Assembly (NCBI GenBank): GCA_963834385.1
Contig: CAWIBO010000005.1
Location: forward strand, 64,001-128,000
Source: an uncultured Verrucomicrobiae bacterium
Lineage (GTDB): Bacteria; Verrucomicrobiota; Verrucomicrobiia; Chthoniobacterales; UBA10450
Length of the DNA: 64,000 bases
Direction of reading: 5' to 3'
The translations under genes were made by a program, and so were the position numbers. Positions 38,836 to 49,460 of the stretch are shown here, one piece after another. The notes under the pieces were generated by a model. It did not search any database, had not been told where the DNA came from, and saw nothing but the letters and a program-made list of their open reading frames with translations. The stretch's first letter is position 1, and each line of letters starts with the position of its first letter.

Positions 38836-39684
38836 TCAGGCCGCGACGCGCCGCTTCTGCTTTACCAGCGCGGCGGTCGAGCGCGTGCGTGGTGCGCTCT
38901 TTTTTGGCTTCGTCGTCTGGGCGCGGTTCAGGCTGTCCTGCAGGACTTTGACCAGGTCGACCACGTTGGTCGTGCGTGCCTTGGGCGCGGGCGGCGTGGC
39001 GATCTCCTCGTCCCTGGCCTTCGACTCGATGAGTTCCATGACCGCCTCGCGGTACTCGTCCTTGTATTTCTCCGGCTCCCACGGCACCGACATGCTTTCG
39101 ATCAAGGTCTGCGCCATTTTCAGTTCCTTGTCGGTGATGGCGCCCTTCGGGGTCGCGCTCAGCTCCGAGGGCGAAAGAATCTCCTGGGCGAAATGCATCA
39201 ACTCGAGGATCAGGAAAAGTCCATCGGGCTTGACCGAGGCGAGGTGCTCGCGCTTGCTGATCACGACCTTGGCGATGCCGATCTTGCCGGTGCCAGTGAG
39301 CGCCTTGTGCAGGAGAGCATAGGCTTTCTCGCCCCCTTTCTGCGGCTCAAGGAAGTAGGGCTTGTAGAAAAACTTGGGGTCCACCTGGTCGATCTCCACG
39401 AAATCGCTGATGTCGATCGAATGGGTGGACTCGATGCGGACCTTCTCGAAATCCTCCTCGTTCATGATCACGTATTTGCCGCGCTCGTACTCGTAACCCT
39501 TCACGATCTGGTCGGCCGCGACCTCCTTCATGTCGGCGTCGGCGACTTTCTTGTAGCGGATCGGGCTGAGATCGCTCCGGCGGAGCTGGCGGAAACTGAT
39601 CTTTTCCTCGCGGGTGGCGGGGTAAACGGCGATCGGGATGTAAACCAACCCGAAGGAGATGCTGCCTTTCCAGATGGGACGCAT
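38836..39684 (-). CDS. ku: Ku protein (NHEJ)
   Basis: MRPIWKGSISFGLV, IVKGYEY, basic C-terminal tail. Confidence 0.96.
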   Translation of the reverse strand: MRPIWKGSISFGLVYIPIAVYPATREEKISFRQLRRSDLSPIRYKKVADADMKEVAADQIVKGYEYERGKYVIMNEEDFEKVRIESTHSIDISDFVEIDQVDPKFFYKPYFLEPQKGGEKAYALLHKALTGTGKIGIAKVVISKREHLASVKPDGLFLILELMHFAQEILSPSELSATPKGAITDKELKMAQTLIESMSVPWEPEKYKDEYREAVMELIESKARDEEIATPPAPKARTTNVVDLVKVLQDSLNRAQTTKPKKSAPRTRSTAALVKQKRRVAA

Positions 39685-39701
39685 AATAGTCGGTGGGGAA
39701 G

Positions 39702-39732
39702 TTATTTACAGTTATTCACAAGGGGATGTCAA
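39702..39732. promoter_or_regulatory. Two DnaA-box-like 9-mers and a TTGACA (-35, minus strand) upstream of ku
   Basis: TTATTTACA 39702-39710, TTATTCACA 39712-39720, tgtcaa 39727-39732. Confidence 0.45.
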
Positions 39733-39770
39733 TGGCTCTGCAGAGCCAGGATCGTGCCGCCCCGTCTCCC

Positions 39771-40016
39771 TCACAGTTCCACCATGGTAACAATGAGCAA
39801 CACCGCCGCGTGCAGCAGGACCAAAATCACCATCCACATGCGCAAGTTCCCCGCCGCGGGACTGTCTACCCCCGGGTCCGCCCCGCGCCCGCTGAAAATG
39901 CGCTCGCGATGCCGGATAAAATAGACCGCGGCGCCGATCACCACCGCCAGGAGCAGGCCGAAAAAGATGCGCAGCCCCGTCGCTGAACCGCTCAAGGCGG
40001 CGAAAATGTCCGTCAT
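39771..40016 (-). CDS. Small 2-TM membrane protein
   Basis: 81-aa ORF with two hydrophobic helices. Confidence 0.6.
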   Translation of the reverse strand: MTDIFAALSGSATGLRIFFGLLLAVVIGAAVYFIRHRERIFSGRGADPGVDSPAAGNLRMWMVILVLLHAAVLLIVTMVEL

Positions 40017-40040
40017 TCCGGTTCTCTACCGCAGGATCGG

Positions 40041-40875
40041 TCAGAATTCATGTCGCATGAAGAACTGGTTCAGCTCCTCGCGCCCGAACCCGAGCGGGCG
40101 GCAGAGTTCTTCGCCCATTCCCTCCGGGAAAATGGCCGGCATGAAGAATTCACGCTCCGGGAAGCGCTGGATGACGGCGGCGAGCAAATCCTGGCGTTGC
40201 GCCGGCCCGGAGGTGTCGGTGGAAAGAACGCCCCGGATTTGCACCGGTGAAGCCGCCGGGTCGCTGATGACGAGGCGTTCGCTCCCGTGGCGAAAGGCGC
40301 GGGCGCCGGGGAGCCGGGCGAGGCCGTAGCGGGAGATTTGCCAGGGAATGGCGGGGAAATCGTCCGGCACCGGATCCTGCAGCGCGGTCAGCGTCGGGAT
40401 CTCCTCGATTTCGGGAAGCGCGTCGGCACGCGGCACCGGGCCGGCCGGCCGTCGCCAGGCGTAGAGCCGGCAAATTTCGAGAAAACCATGGCGGCGATAA
40501 AGTCTTAGGGCCGGTTCGTTTTGTTCGAACACCTCGAGCACCATGGCCCGGTCGCCGCGGAGTTTTGCCTCATCGAGCAGATGACCGAGAAGGGCGGCAG
40601 TGGTCCCGGTGCGCCGCGCCGCGGGCACGGTGCCCATGGCGGCGAGGCGGGAGACATCACCCGTGCGCGTGATGTAGCCGAACGAACCCGGCGCGCTCCC
40701 CGTGCCGGGCGAAACGGCTGTAGAAAATATCCGCTCCCTGCGCCATGAGGAAGCGGGCGAACCCGGGGGCGTCGAGCTCGTGAAACCCGGCGAGATAACC
40801 GGCAAACGCTTCGTTGAAAATCCTGTTCTGCGCGGCCAGCGGGACTTCGCAGGCCGGGATGATTTCAGTCGGCAT
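40041..40875 (-). CDS. GNAT acetyltransferase (frameshift near 40680)
   Basis: FNEAFAGY N-terminus; MGTVPAARRTG, LEVFEQNEPALRLYRRHGF. Confidence 0.8.
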
Positions 40876-40944
40876 AAGCGGACATTAAACGGCGGTGCGG
40901 CGAATGGCGCTGCGTTTTTGCCGGAATCAAGGCATCCTGGGAAG

Positions 40945-43244
40945 GTGCGCGCGCTCCGGATCATTCTGCTTCTCCCCGCCCTGCTCGCGGTGGCAGGGCC
41001 GACGGCGCCGCCAGCCCCATCCCCGTTTCCGTGGCGGGGCGAACCGGGCCGACGGGAAAGCGTCAGCGAGATCATGCAAAGGGGGAAAACGGAAGAAGCG
41101 CGTCCCGCCCTGATGCGGGCGGAGTTCGAGGCGGCCCCGCCGTCGCGATCGGCCCGGCGGAAGAACGCGACCGCGCTGGTGGCAAAGGAACCGAAGGTGC
41201 AAGCCACGCCCGGGACGGGCCTCAGTTTTGATGCCGTGACCTATCCGGACGCGGCCACGGTCCCGCCTGACAGCATGGGCGATCTCGGCCCGGAGCAATT
41301 TCTAATCTGTGTGAACGGTCGTATCCGGACCTTTGACCGGGCCGGCCAGCCGGACGGGGTGCTCGACACCACGACTTCCAACTTTTTCGAGGCGGTGCGG
41401 GGCGAGGGGCAGACCGCCGATCCGCGGGTGCGCTACGACAAACTGAGCGGGCGCTGGTTCATCTCGATGCTTTCCTACGAAGGCCCGACCCGCATCGTGC
41501 TGGCGGTGAGCGCAGGGCCGGTCGCTTTCCGCGGCGACCGATTTCACCTTTTTCCAGTTCGGGTTCTCGCTCGTGGGCCCGACGCCCAACTCCGACACGG
41601 GGAGCTTTTTCGATTTCGACACCCTCGGGATCGACCGGCACGCGCTTTACATCGGGGGGAATGTCTTCTCGCCGCAGAGCCATCCGCCGCCCTACGTGGG
41701 TTCAACCGGTTTCGTGGTGAACAAGGCGGCGTTGCTGGGCGGCAACCTGGTGGTGACCGCTTTTCGCCAGATGGCGCAGCCCCGCCGGGGGCGGACCGTT
41801 CGCGCCGCAGGGCGTTGATCATGACGATCCCGCGGCGACGGAAGGATACTTTATCGGCACGGACGTTTCCTCGAGCGACCACCTGATCATTCGCCGGGTG
41901 CATGATCCGGGCGGGACACCGTCGCTCTCGGCGAACATCGCGGTGCCGATCCCGGCCACGGTGCCACCGATGGGAGGCGTGCCCGCGCTCGGCAGCAGTC
42001 ATCCGCTGGCCGATCTGGACGACCGGCTGTTTCAGGCGCGTTTGCATCGGGGACGTCTGGTGACCGGGCATAACATCGAAGTGGACGGGAACGGGGCGGC
42101 GGACAGTGTCGGCGGGCGCAATGGCGTGCGCTGGTATGAGATCGTGAACCTTTCCGGCACGCCGATGCTGGCGCAGGCCGGGACACTTTTTGATTCCGCC
42201 GCGACCAACCCGCGCAGCTACTGGATGGGATCGGGCGCGATCTCCGGGCAGGGACACATTGCGCTCGCCGCCAATGCCGCGGCGCCGGACGAATACCCGC
42301 AGGTGGCGGCGGCGCTGCATCTTGCTTCCGAGGCGGCGGGGACCCTGGGGCCGCCGGCGATCGTGCAAACCGCGACGGCCAACTGCAATGACCTGATGGA
42401 CCAGTTCAACCAGCATCGCTGGGGCGATTATTCCACGATGACGGTCGATCCCAAGGACGACATGACCTTCTGGACCATGCAGGAGTATGCGATTGCCCCG
42501 GACGCCTGGGCGGTGCGCGTGATTGAGTTAAAGGCGCCGCCGCCGGCCATTCCGGAAACGGCTTCCCCGGCCGCGCTCGCCCAGGGCGAGTTCGAGACCG
42601 AGGTCGAGGTCATTGGCGCCGCCGCCGACGGCAGCGGCTTTTTTGATCCGGGCCCCTCCTTTCCCAACCGGCTCCATGCTGCCGTCGGGGGCGGCGACGT
42701 CACGGTGCATTCCGTTACCTGGATCGATCCCACGCATTTCAAGATGAAGATTTCCGTGGCGCCGAGTGCTGCGCCCGGCTCGCGCACCGTTTCGGTGACA
42801 AATCCCGATGGGCAGGCTCGCGCCAGCAACGGGCCCCTGCTGGAGATCCAGGTGCCGACAGACAGCGATGCCGACGGCATCCCGGACTGGTGGATGAACC
42901 GCTTTTTTGGTCATCCCTCCGGCGAAGCCGGTGACAAGTCGGAAGCGGAGTCCGATGCGGACGGCGACGGGTTCAGCAACGGGGAGGAGTTCCGGGCGCG
43001 GACCGACCCGACCGATCCGGCGAGCGCGTTCCGGATCGTGTCGGTGCAACGGGAGGGAACGGCGGTGCTGGTGACCTTTCGCAGCGCGGCCGGGCTGAGC
43101 TACCGGCTGGAAGCGAAGACGACCGTGAACGCGCCGATGTGGGAAACGGTGACGGACAACGTCGCCGGCGGAGAGAACCAGACCGTGGTGACGGACCCGG
43201 CGGCGGGCAGCGCGAAGTTTTATCGCGTGGTGCTGCGGGAGTAG
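40945..43244 (+). CDS. Large secreted protein with Ig-like domain, DxDxDG repeats and C-terminal FYRV domain (two frameshifts, near 41520 and 41800)
   Basis: Signal peptide, PPDSMG, DPRVRYD, RWGDYS, VTNPDGQ, DSDADGIPDWW. Confidence 0.75.
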
Positions 43245-43254
43245 CGACCGGCCC

Positions 43255-43304
43255 GGACATGCGGAAGCATGTCCCTCCGTGGGGGGACGCGCTTCCGCGC
43301 GTCC
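43255..43304. repeat. Inverted REP doublet
   Basis: GGACATGC-GGAA-GCATGTCC-CTCC followed by the inverted GGACGCGC-TTCC-GCGCGTCC; same unit at 20615. Confidence 0.8.
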
Positions 43305-43318
43305 AGCTTGGGTGGCTG

Positions 43319-43810
43319 CTAATAGCGCAGCCGGACCAGCCGGGCCGGGTTTCCCGGAAACACGACAAGGAGATTGTCGTAGTCGTTTTCGCCGATGGTG
43401 AACGTGAGATCGTCGACGCCGAGCGCGCGCGCGATTTCCAGGACGGTGTTGGAATGACCGACCACGAGAGTGTTGCCTTGGGCGGCGCGGATTTTTTCCA
43501 CGAGGGGAGCGAGGTCGCGGCCCGGCACAACAACAGGCTCGAGTCCGGCGGCGCGCGCGGTCGGGGCGGCGGTGTCGCGCGTGCGTTTGAATTCGGTTAC
43601 GAAAACATGGCGGATGTCAGCGTCGCGCAGCAGCCGGGCGAGCAGGGCGGCCCGGGCGTGTCCCTGCTCGGATAAACCGGGGTCTTTCTCATGCGGGACA
43701 CGGCCGGGGTCGGCGCGTTCGGCATGGCGGACAAGGAAGACGGCGGACTGGGGAAAGGCGGACGGGGCCGTGACGGCGAGGCAAAGGAGGAGAAGCAGAC
43801 GCGTCATCAT
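43319..43810 (-). CDS. Secreted histidine-phosphatase (PGM/SixA-like) protein
   Basis: LVRHAE, RTRDT, VVGHSNT. Confidence 0.88.
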   Translation of the reverse strand: MMTRLLLLLCLAVTAPSAFPQSAVFLVRHAERADPGRVPHEKDPGLSEQGHARAALLARLLRDADIRHVFVTEFKRTRDTAAPTARAAGLEPVVVPGRDLAPLVEKIRAAQGNTLVVGHSNTVLEIARALGVDDLTFTIGENDYDNLLVVFPGNPARLVRLRY

Positions 43811-43893
43811 CTTCCGGTCTTGTGACGAGGGAAAGGAGGGCGGGCGCGGGAGAAGCATGACCTTCTTCCGCGCCCGGACTGCGTGCCGCGACC

Positions 43894-44043
43894 TTACTTG
43901 CCGATGAGGATAAAGATGCCGGCGAGGAGGGCGAGGATGCCGAGCAGGATGCCCGGGATGGCCACGCCCGCGAGGAGGACGATCCCCTGGAGGATGAGAT
44001 AGATCGCGAGCAGAAGCATGCCGATGGATTTGGTGAAGTTCAT
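43894..44043 (-). CDS. Small 2-TM membrane protein
   Basis: MNFTKSIGMLLLAIYLILQG...LAGIFILIGK; AGGA RBS. Confidence 0.75.
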   Translation of the reverse strand: MNFTKSIGMLLLAIYLILQGIVLLAGVAIPGILLGILALLAGIFILIGK

Positions 44044-44146
44044 GCGCGCATCCTGAGTCGCGCGCGGGGGAAGTCGAGCGGGAAAAATGCCGGGCGGGCG
44101 GGATGCGGCGTGACGGCCTTCTCCGGGCCGCCTAGGATGCCGGTTC

Positions 44147-44704
44147 ATGACGTTGCCGGCCTGGCTGGGGATGATCTTTCTGGTTTCCGAGCTGCTGCTC
44201 ACGCTGACCCGTCGTTCACGGGGGAGCGGGGTGCGGCAGGATCGCAGCACCCTGCGCTTTATCTGGGTGGTCATTGCCGCCAGCGTGGCCGCCGGGCTTT
44301 GGACGGCGGACGCGTTCCCGCGGGCGGCGTTTTCGTTCCCGAAGGGGTTGGGAGGGCTGGCGGTGTTCCTTTTTGCGGGCGGACTCGCGCTGCGCTGGTG
44401 GGCGATTGTGGTGCTGGGGCGTTTCTTCACCGTGGACGTGCAGGTGGCGCCCGACCATGAACTGGTCGAGCGCGGACCGTTTCGCCTGGTCCGGCATCCC
44501 TCCTACTCGGGCGTCCTGCTGGCGTTTGTGGGATTTTCCCTTTCGCTGGAGAACTGGGCCGCTTTTGTCGTGATCATGGTGCCGGTGGTCGCGGTGTTCC
44601 TCCACCGGATAAAGGTGGAGGAAGCGGCGCTGACCGCGGCGCTGGGCGAACCGTACCGGGCCTACACGCGAAGGACGCGCCGGCTTCTTCCTTTTATCTA
44701 TTAG
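44147..44704 (+). CDS. Isoprenylcysteine carboxyl methyltransferase family protein
   Basis: LGRFFT, GPFRLVRHPSYSG, RIKVEE. Confidence 0.9.
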   Translation: MTLPAWLGMIFLVSELLLTLTRRSRGSGVRQDRSTLRFIWVVIAASVAAGLWTADAFPRAAFSFPKGLGGLAVFLFAGGLALRWWAIVVLGRFFTVDVQVAPDHELVERGPFRLVRHPSYSGVLLAFVGFSLSLENWAAFVVIMVPVVAVFLHRIKVEEAALTAALGEPYRAYTRRTRRLLPFIY

Positions 44705-44755
44705 AAGCGGCGGCCCGGGCTTGCCATTGCGCGCCGGTCCTGTCTCGAATGGGGG

Positions 44756-45196
44756 ATGAACCCGCCTGACTCCTCCCCATCGCCCGCGGCCGGCTCACGC
44801 TGGACATTCTTCCGCGACGTCTTCGTGTTTCAGGGAAAAATGATGGTCGATAACGCGCGCGATTTTCTCCTTATCCCGGTCTCGCTCACCGCGGCCCTGT
44901 TTGATCTGCTCGTCGATGGCGGGCGCCGGGGCACCTTCTTTTACCAGGTGCTGCGCTGGGGGGCGGAGAGCGAGAAAATCATCGACGTTTACAGTCCGCT
45001 GACGCGCAGCGGCGAGGAGAAGGTATCGGGGGCCGCCTTCACGATCGACGCCGTGGTGGGAAAACTCGAGAGCGTGGTGGTGCGGGAGTGGGCGCGGGGC
45101 GGGACCGCCGCCAGTGTGAAAGCGGCCATGGACCGGGCGGCGGAACAGTTGCGAGGAGAAGGAGGAGGGGAGGGGGAGCGGGAGCGTGAATCGTGA
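44756..45196 (+). CDS. Hypothetical protein
   Basis: RDVFVFQGKMMVDNARDFLLIPVSL; clean ORF. Confidence 0.7.
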   Translation: MNPPDSSPSPAAGSRWTFFRDVFVFQGKMMVDNARDFLLIPVSLTAALFDLLVDGGRRGTFFYQVLRWGAESEKIIDVYSPLTRSGEEKVSGAAFTIDAVVGKLESVVVREWARGGTAASVKAAMDRAAEQLRGEGGGEGERERES

Positions 45197-45527
45197 GTGG
45201 TGAATTGTGAATGGTGGGAGTGGAACGAACGCGGTTATTCGTTATTCGTTATCAGGGTTCCGAGTTCAGGGTTCGGGGTTCAGATCACGGATCACCGATC
45301 ACGGCTTCTTCCCCTTCCTGCCTTCCTGGTTTCCTAATTCATCCCTTCTTCCTGATTTCAGCTTGTCAGCGTTTCAGTTGTCAGTTTTTCCGGAACGGAG
45401 GGGGGACGATTACGATTACGAGCACGAGTATGAGCACGAGAAGCCATTCTCTATCCTCATTCTTTTCCTGCCTTCCTGGTTTCCAAATTCAAAATTTCTT
45501 TTTCCTGAGTTCCTTCCTTCCTGATTC
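45185..45527 (+). repeat. Mosaic repeat element G
   Basis: GTGAAT, GTTATTC, GGGTTC, GATCAC, TTCCTG, TTTCAGC, GATTAC/GAGCAC. Confidence 0.9.
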
Positions 45528-45544
45528 ATCACAAGTATGAGGAC

Positions 45545-46741
45545 GTGAAACGCGGGCAGGTTATCGCGGATTTTTTCGGGCTGCGGCGCAATCTGGTCCT
45601 GCTGCTGGTCGCCATCTTCGTCATCGGGGCGGGGGAGGAACTCTGGATGCGGTTTCTCCCGAAATACCTGCAGGCGGTGGGCGCGACCGTCTTTATCATC
45701 GGGCTTTTCGACGGGTTGCGCACGGTGCTGGGAGCGCTTTACGCCTACCCCGGGGGCGTGCTCGTCGATCGCTTCGGTCATCGCCGCGCCCTTATCGCCT
45801 TTAACCTTCTCTCGGTGGCGGGCTACGCCCTTGTCCTCCTGATCCCGAACTGGGGCGGCGTCATCGCCGGGATGTTCCTGTTCCTTTCCTGGAGCTGCTT
45901 TTCCCTCCCGGCCACCTTCTCGCTCGTGGCGGCTTCGCTCAGCGCCGACCGCTACGCCATGGGCATTGGGGTCCAGTCCGTGATCAAGCGCGCCCCGATC
46001 ATGATCGCGCCCATCCTCGGCGGCATCCTGATTGATCAATACGGGATCGTCACGGGAACGCGGATCGGGCTCGGCATTTCCATCCTTCTTTCTTTGGCGA
46101 CGATCTTCGTCCAGCGCGGCGTGCGCGAGGAAGCGCCGGCGGGCCCGCCGCTGGAGCGCTGGGGATTCTGGCGCAGCCTCGGGAGTTTCAACGCGCCGCT
46201 GCGCCGGCTGCTCCTGAGCGACATCCTGGTGCGCTTTTGCGAACGGATCCCGTTTGCCTGGGTGGTGATTTACGCCATGGACACGCTCAACATGAGCGCG
46301 CGCCAGGTCGGGCTGCTCACCACCATCGAGGTGGCCACGGCCGCCGCCTGCATCATTCCGACCTCGTATTATGCCGACAAGTTCGGCCGGGAACGGTTTG
46401 TCCTCGTCACCTTCGTCATGTTCACCCTGTTTCCCCTGAGCCTGCTGGCGGCGAGCTCGTTTGGCCTGCTGGCCCTGGCTTTCTTTGTCCGCGGCTTGAA
46501 AGAGTTCGGCGATACCGCGCGCAAGGCGCTGATCGTCACGTTTTGCCCGCCCGGCCGGCGCGGCCAGATGGTGGGGGCGTATTACCTGGTGCGCGACCTG
46601 ATTGTGAGCCTGGCCGCGCTTCTCGGCGCCTTGCTCTGGAAGTTCGGGCCGGCGGTGAACTTCTACGGCGCCGCCCTCATGGGGGTGGCGGGGACGGTGG
46701 TTTACGCGCTCTCCCTGCGCGCGACAAAGGCGAAAGCCTAG
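45545..46741 (+). CDS. MFS transporter
   Basis: GGVLVDRFGHRR and ADKFGRER motifs; 12 TM segments. Confidence 0.9.
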   Translation: MKRGQVIADFFGLRRNLVLLLVAIFVIGAGEELWMRFLPKYLQAVGATVFIIGLFDGLRTVLGALYAYPGGVLVDRFGHRRALIAFNLLSVAGYALVLLIPNWGGVIAGMFLFLSWSCFSLPATFSLVAASLSADRYAMGIGVQSVIKRAPIMIAPILGGILIDQYGIVTGTRIGLGISILLSLATIFVQRGVREEAPAGPPLERWGFWRSLGSFNAPLRRLLLSDILVRFCERIPFAWVVIYAMDTLNMSARQVGLLTTIEVATAAACIIPTSYYADKFGRERFVLVTFVMFTLFPLSLLAASSFGLLALAFFVRGLKEFGDTARKALIVTFCPPGRRGQMVGAYYLVRDLIVSLAALLGALLWKFGPAVNFYGAALMGVAGTVVYALSLRATKAKA

Positions 46742-47157
46742 GCCGGGCAGACGGACGCGAGCAGCTCGCGCACGCAGTTGATCAGCCCGCCGACCGGGAA
46801 CGGTTTGACGAGGTATTTCACTTCCTGCGTCTCGAGGAATTCCTTGATCGCGGGGTCGGCGGCATGGCCGGTAATGAAGATGAAGCGATCAGCCAGGCCG
46901 GGGCGCAGCTCGGTCGCCTTGAAGAAGAGTTCGTCGCCGCGCAGCCGGGGCATCATCAGGTCGCAGACGACCGCGTCGTATTCGTTCACCTTGATCTTGA
47001 GCAGGGCCTCGGCGCCGTCGTAGGCCAGGTCGACCAGAAAATTCTCATCCGCCAGGATCCATTGCAGGGCGGAGGCGAGCTGACGGTCGTCGTCCACGAG
47101 GAGAATGGCCTTGAGGGAGAGACTGTTGACGGGTGAATCGAGCGAGGATTGGTCCAT
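46738..47157 (-). CDS. Single-domain response regulator
   Basis: LVDDD, CDLMMPRLRG, FITG, LVKPF. Confidence 0.88.
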   Translation of the reverse strand: MDQSSLDSPVNSLSLKAILLVDDDRQLASALQWILADENFLVDLAYDGAEALLKIKVNEYDAVVCDLMMPRLRGDELFFKATELRPGLADRFIFITGHAADPAIKEFLETQEVKYLVKPFPVGGLINCVRELLASVCPA

Positions 47158-47276
47158 GGCAGGTGCCACTCTCCAAGCAGTCCCGATGCCACGGGGGGAA
47201 GAACGATGGGGGCGCCGGGTTCCCGGGTCCCATTTTTCGGGCTTTCCTGCCTGCGCAATTGAGGGAATTCTGCGGC

Positions 47277-48587
47277 GTGAACAGGTTCACCCTCATCGGC
47301 AGCGGTCTGGCCGGTGGGCTGCTGGCCGGGTTCCTCGGCCGGCGGGGCGACGAGGTGGCCTTGTACGAGCGCCGGCCCGATCCCGAGGCCGGCAACCAGG
47401 TCGGCGGCCGGTCCATCAACCTGGCCCTCTCCGCGCGCGGACTGCATGCGCTCAGCCAGCTTGGTTTGGCCGATGCCGTCCTCGCGCAGGCCATCGCCAT
47501 GCGGGGCCGGATGATCCACGACAAGGATGGCACCCTCCATTTTTCCGCCTACGACCGCGACCCGGCGAAGCACATCAACTCGATCGGGCGCGGCGCGCTC
47601 AACGCCGCCGTCCTGGAAGCCGCGCGCCAATTTCCGAATGTGCGGGTCGAGTTCAACCAGCGCTGCACCGAGGTCGACCTCGACCGACCGTCCGCGACCC
47701 TGCGCGCGACCGGGAGCGAGACGGAGAAAATCGTCACGGGCGATGCGATCATCGGCGTGGATGGCGCGTTCTCGGCCGTGCGCGGCGCGATGCAGCGCCT
47801 GAACCGCTTTGAGTACAGCCAGAGCTACCTGGCGCACGGCTACAAGGAGCTGACCATCCCGCCGGGTCCCGCCGGTCAGTGGCGCATGGAAAAAAACGCG
47901 CTCCATATCTGGCCGCGCCGGAGTTTCATGATGATTGCCCTGCCCAACCCGGACGGTTCCTTCACCTGCACGCTCTTCTGGGAGTTCGAGGGTCCGCGCA
48001 GCTTCGCCGCCATGCGTGGTGACGACGATGTTCGCCGGTTTTTCGACGAGGAGTTTCCGGACGCGGTCCCGTTGATGCCCGACTTGCTGACCGATTTTCG
48101 CGAGAACCCGACCGGATCGCTGGTGACGATTCGTTGCGAACCGTGGCATTACCAGGACAAGGTGGCGCTGGTGGGCGATGCCGCGCATGCGGTGGTCCCG
48201 TTCTACGGCCAGGGGATGAACGCGGCTTTCGAGGACTGCGTGGTGCTCGATGAATGCCTCGCGGAATTTTCCGGCGATCGGGGCCGCGCGTTCGCCGAGT
48301 ATTCGCGGCGGCGAAAGGAGAACGCCGACGCGCTGGCGGACCTGGCGGTGCAGAATTTCATCGAGATGCGCGACAAAACCGCCTCGCGCGTTTTCCGGTC
48401 GAAGAAAAGGATCGATCATTTCCTGGAGGGCGTCCTGCCGGGGATTTATCTGCCGCTCTACACCATGGTGTCGTTTACCCGGATCCCGTATGCCGAGGCG
48501 GCCCGGCGGGCCCGGTTGCAGGATCGCCTGCTCTACGGCGGCCTGGCCGCGTTGCTGCTGCTGGCGTTCGCGTTCCTGATCTTTTAG
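47277..48587 (+). CDS. kmo: Kynurenine 3-monooxygenase
   Basis: GRSINLALSARG, NALHIWPR, MMIALPN.DGSFTCTLF, GDAAHAVVPFYGQGMN. Confidence 0.95.
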   Translation: MNRFTLIGSGLAGGLLAGFLGRRGDEVALYERRPDPEAGNQVGGRSINLALSARGLHALSQLGLADAVLAQAIAMRGRMIHDKDGTLHFSAYDRDPAKHINSIGRGALNAAVLEAARQFPNVRVEFNQRCTEVDLDRPSATLRATGSETEKIVTGDAIIGVDGAFSAVRGAMQRLNRFEYSQSYLAHGYKELTIPPGPAGQWRMEKNALHIWPRRSFMMIALPNPDGSFTCTLFWEFEGPRSFAAMRGDDDVRRFFDEEFPDAVPLMPDLLTDFRENPTGSLVTIRCEPWHYQDKVALVGDAAHAVVPFYGQGMNAAFEDCVVLDECLAEFSGDRGRAFAEYSRRRKENADALADLAVQNFIEMRDKTASRVFRSKKRIDHFLEGVLPGIYLPLYTMVSFTRIPYAEAARRARLQDRLLYGGLAALLLLAFAFLIF

Positions 48588-49439
48588 CGGGCCGCTCCCG
48601 GGTCGAGGCGCTCGACGTGCGCGTAGACGTTGAAGGTGGGTGGGCGCAGGAACCCGATCAGGGTCAGCCCGGTATCGCGGGCGAAGGTGACGGCGAGGGT
48701 CGAGGGAGCCGAGACCGAGGCGAGCAGGGGAATCCCGGCGGCGAGCGCTTTCTGCACGATCTCGAGGGAGGCGCGCCCGCTGACGAGAAGAAGATGCCCG
48801 GGTAGCGGAAGCCGGCCATCGAGAAACGCCCGGCCGACCGCCTTGTCGACGGCGTTATGCCGCCCGATATCCTCACGCAGCACGACAAGCTCGCCCGCGG
48901 GATTGAAAGATGGCCGCAGCGTGGAGGCCGCCGGTGCGATTGAAATTGCCCTGGGCGGCGCGCATCAAAGCGGGCAGGGAGAGAAGGGTCTTCACCGGAA
49001 AACCCGGGGGCGCGATCGGTGGCAACGGTGGGAAGTTCTGCCGGATGCTGTCGATGCTGACTTTGCCGCAAAGACCGCACGAGCTCGAGATGGCGCCGAA
49101 ACGCCGAAGCTGGCCGAGGGCGGGCGTGCCGGCGAGGGTCAGGTTGATGGCGTTTCCGCGATCCTGCGGGCGCGCCGAGGGCGCCGCGTCGCGAAGATCG
49201 TTCCGCTCATGGATGATGCCTTCCGCAACCAAGAAGCCGGCGGCCAGTTCCTCGTCGTGGCCGGGTGTGCGCATGGTGATGGCGACGGTCTCTTCGCCGA
49301 CGCGGATCTCGAGCGGTTCCTCAACCGCGACCTCATCCTGCACGCACTCGAAGGTGCCGTCGGCGCGGTGGCGGGCGACCGTGCCGGCGCCGATGCCGCC
49401 GGGAGGGACCACGGGAGTTTCGCCTGATTCCCTGTTCAC
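48584..49439 (-). CDS. fdhD: Formate dehydrogenase accessory sulfurtransferase (frameshift near 48900)
   Basis: EEPL, MRTPG, SSCGLCG, TGGLHAA; REDIGRHNAVDK in a second frame. Confidence 0.9.
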
Positions 49440-49460
49440 AATCCCACCTTCACGCGGTAA

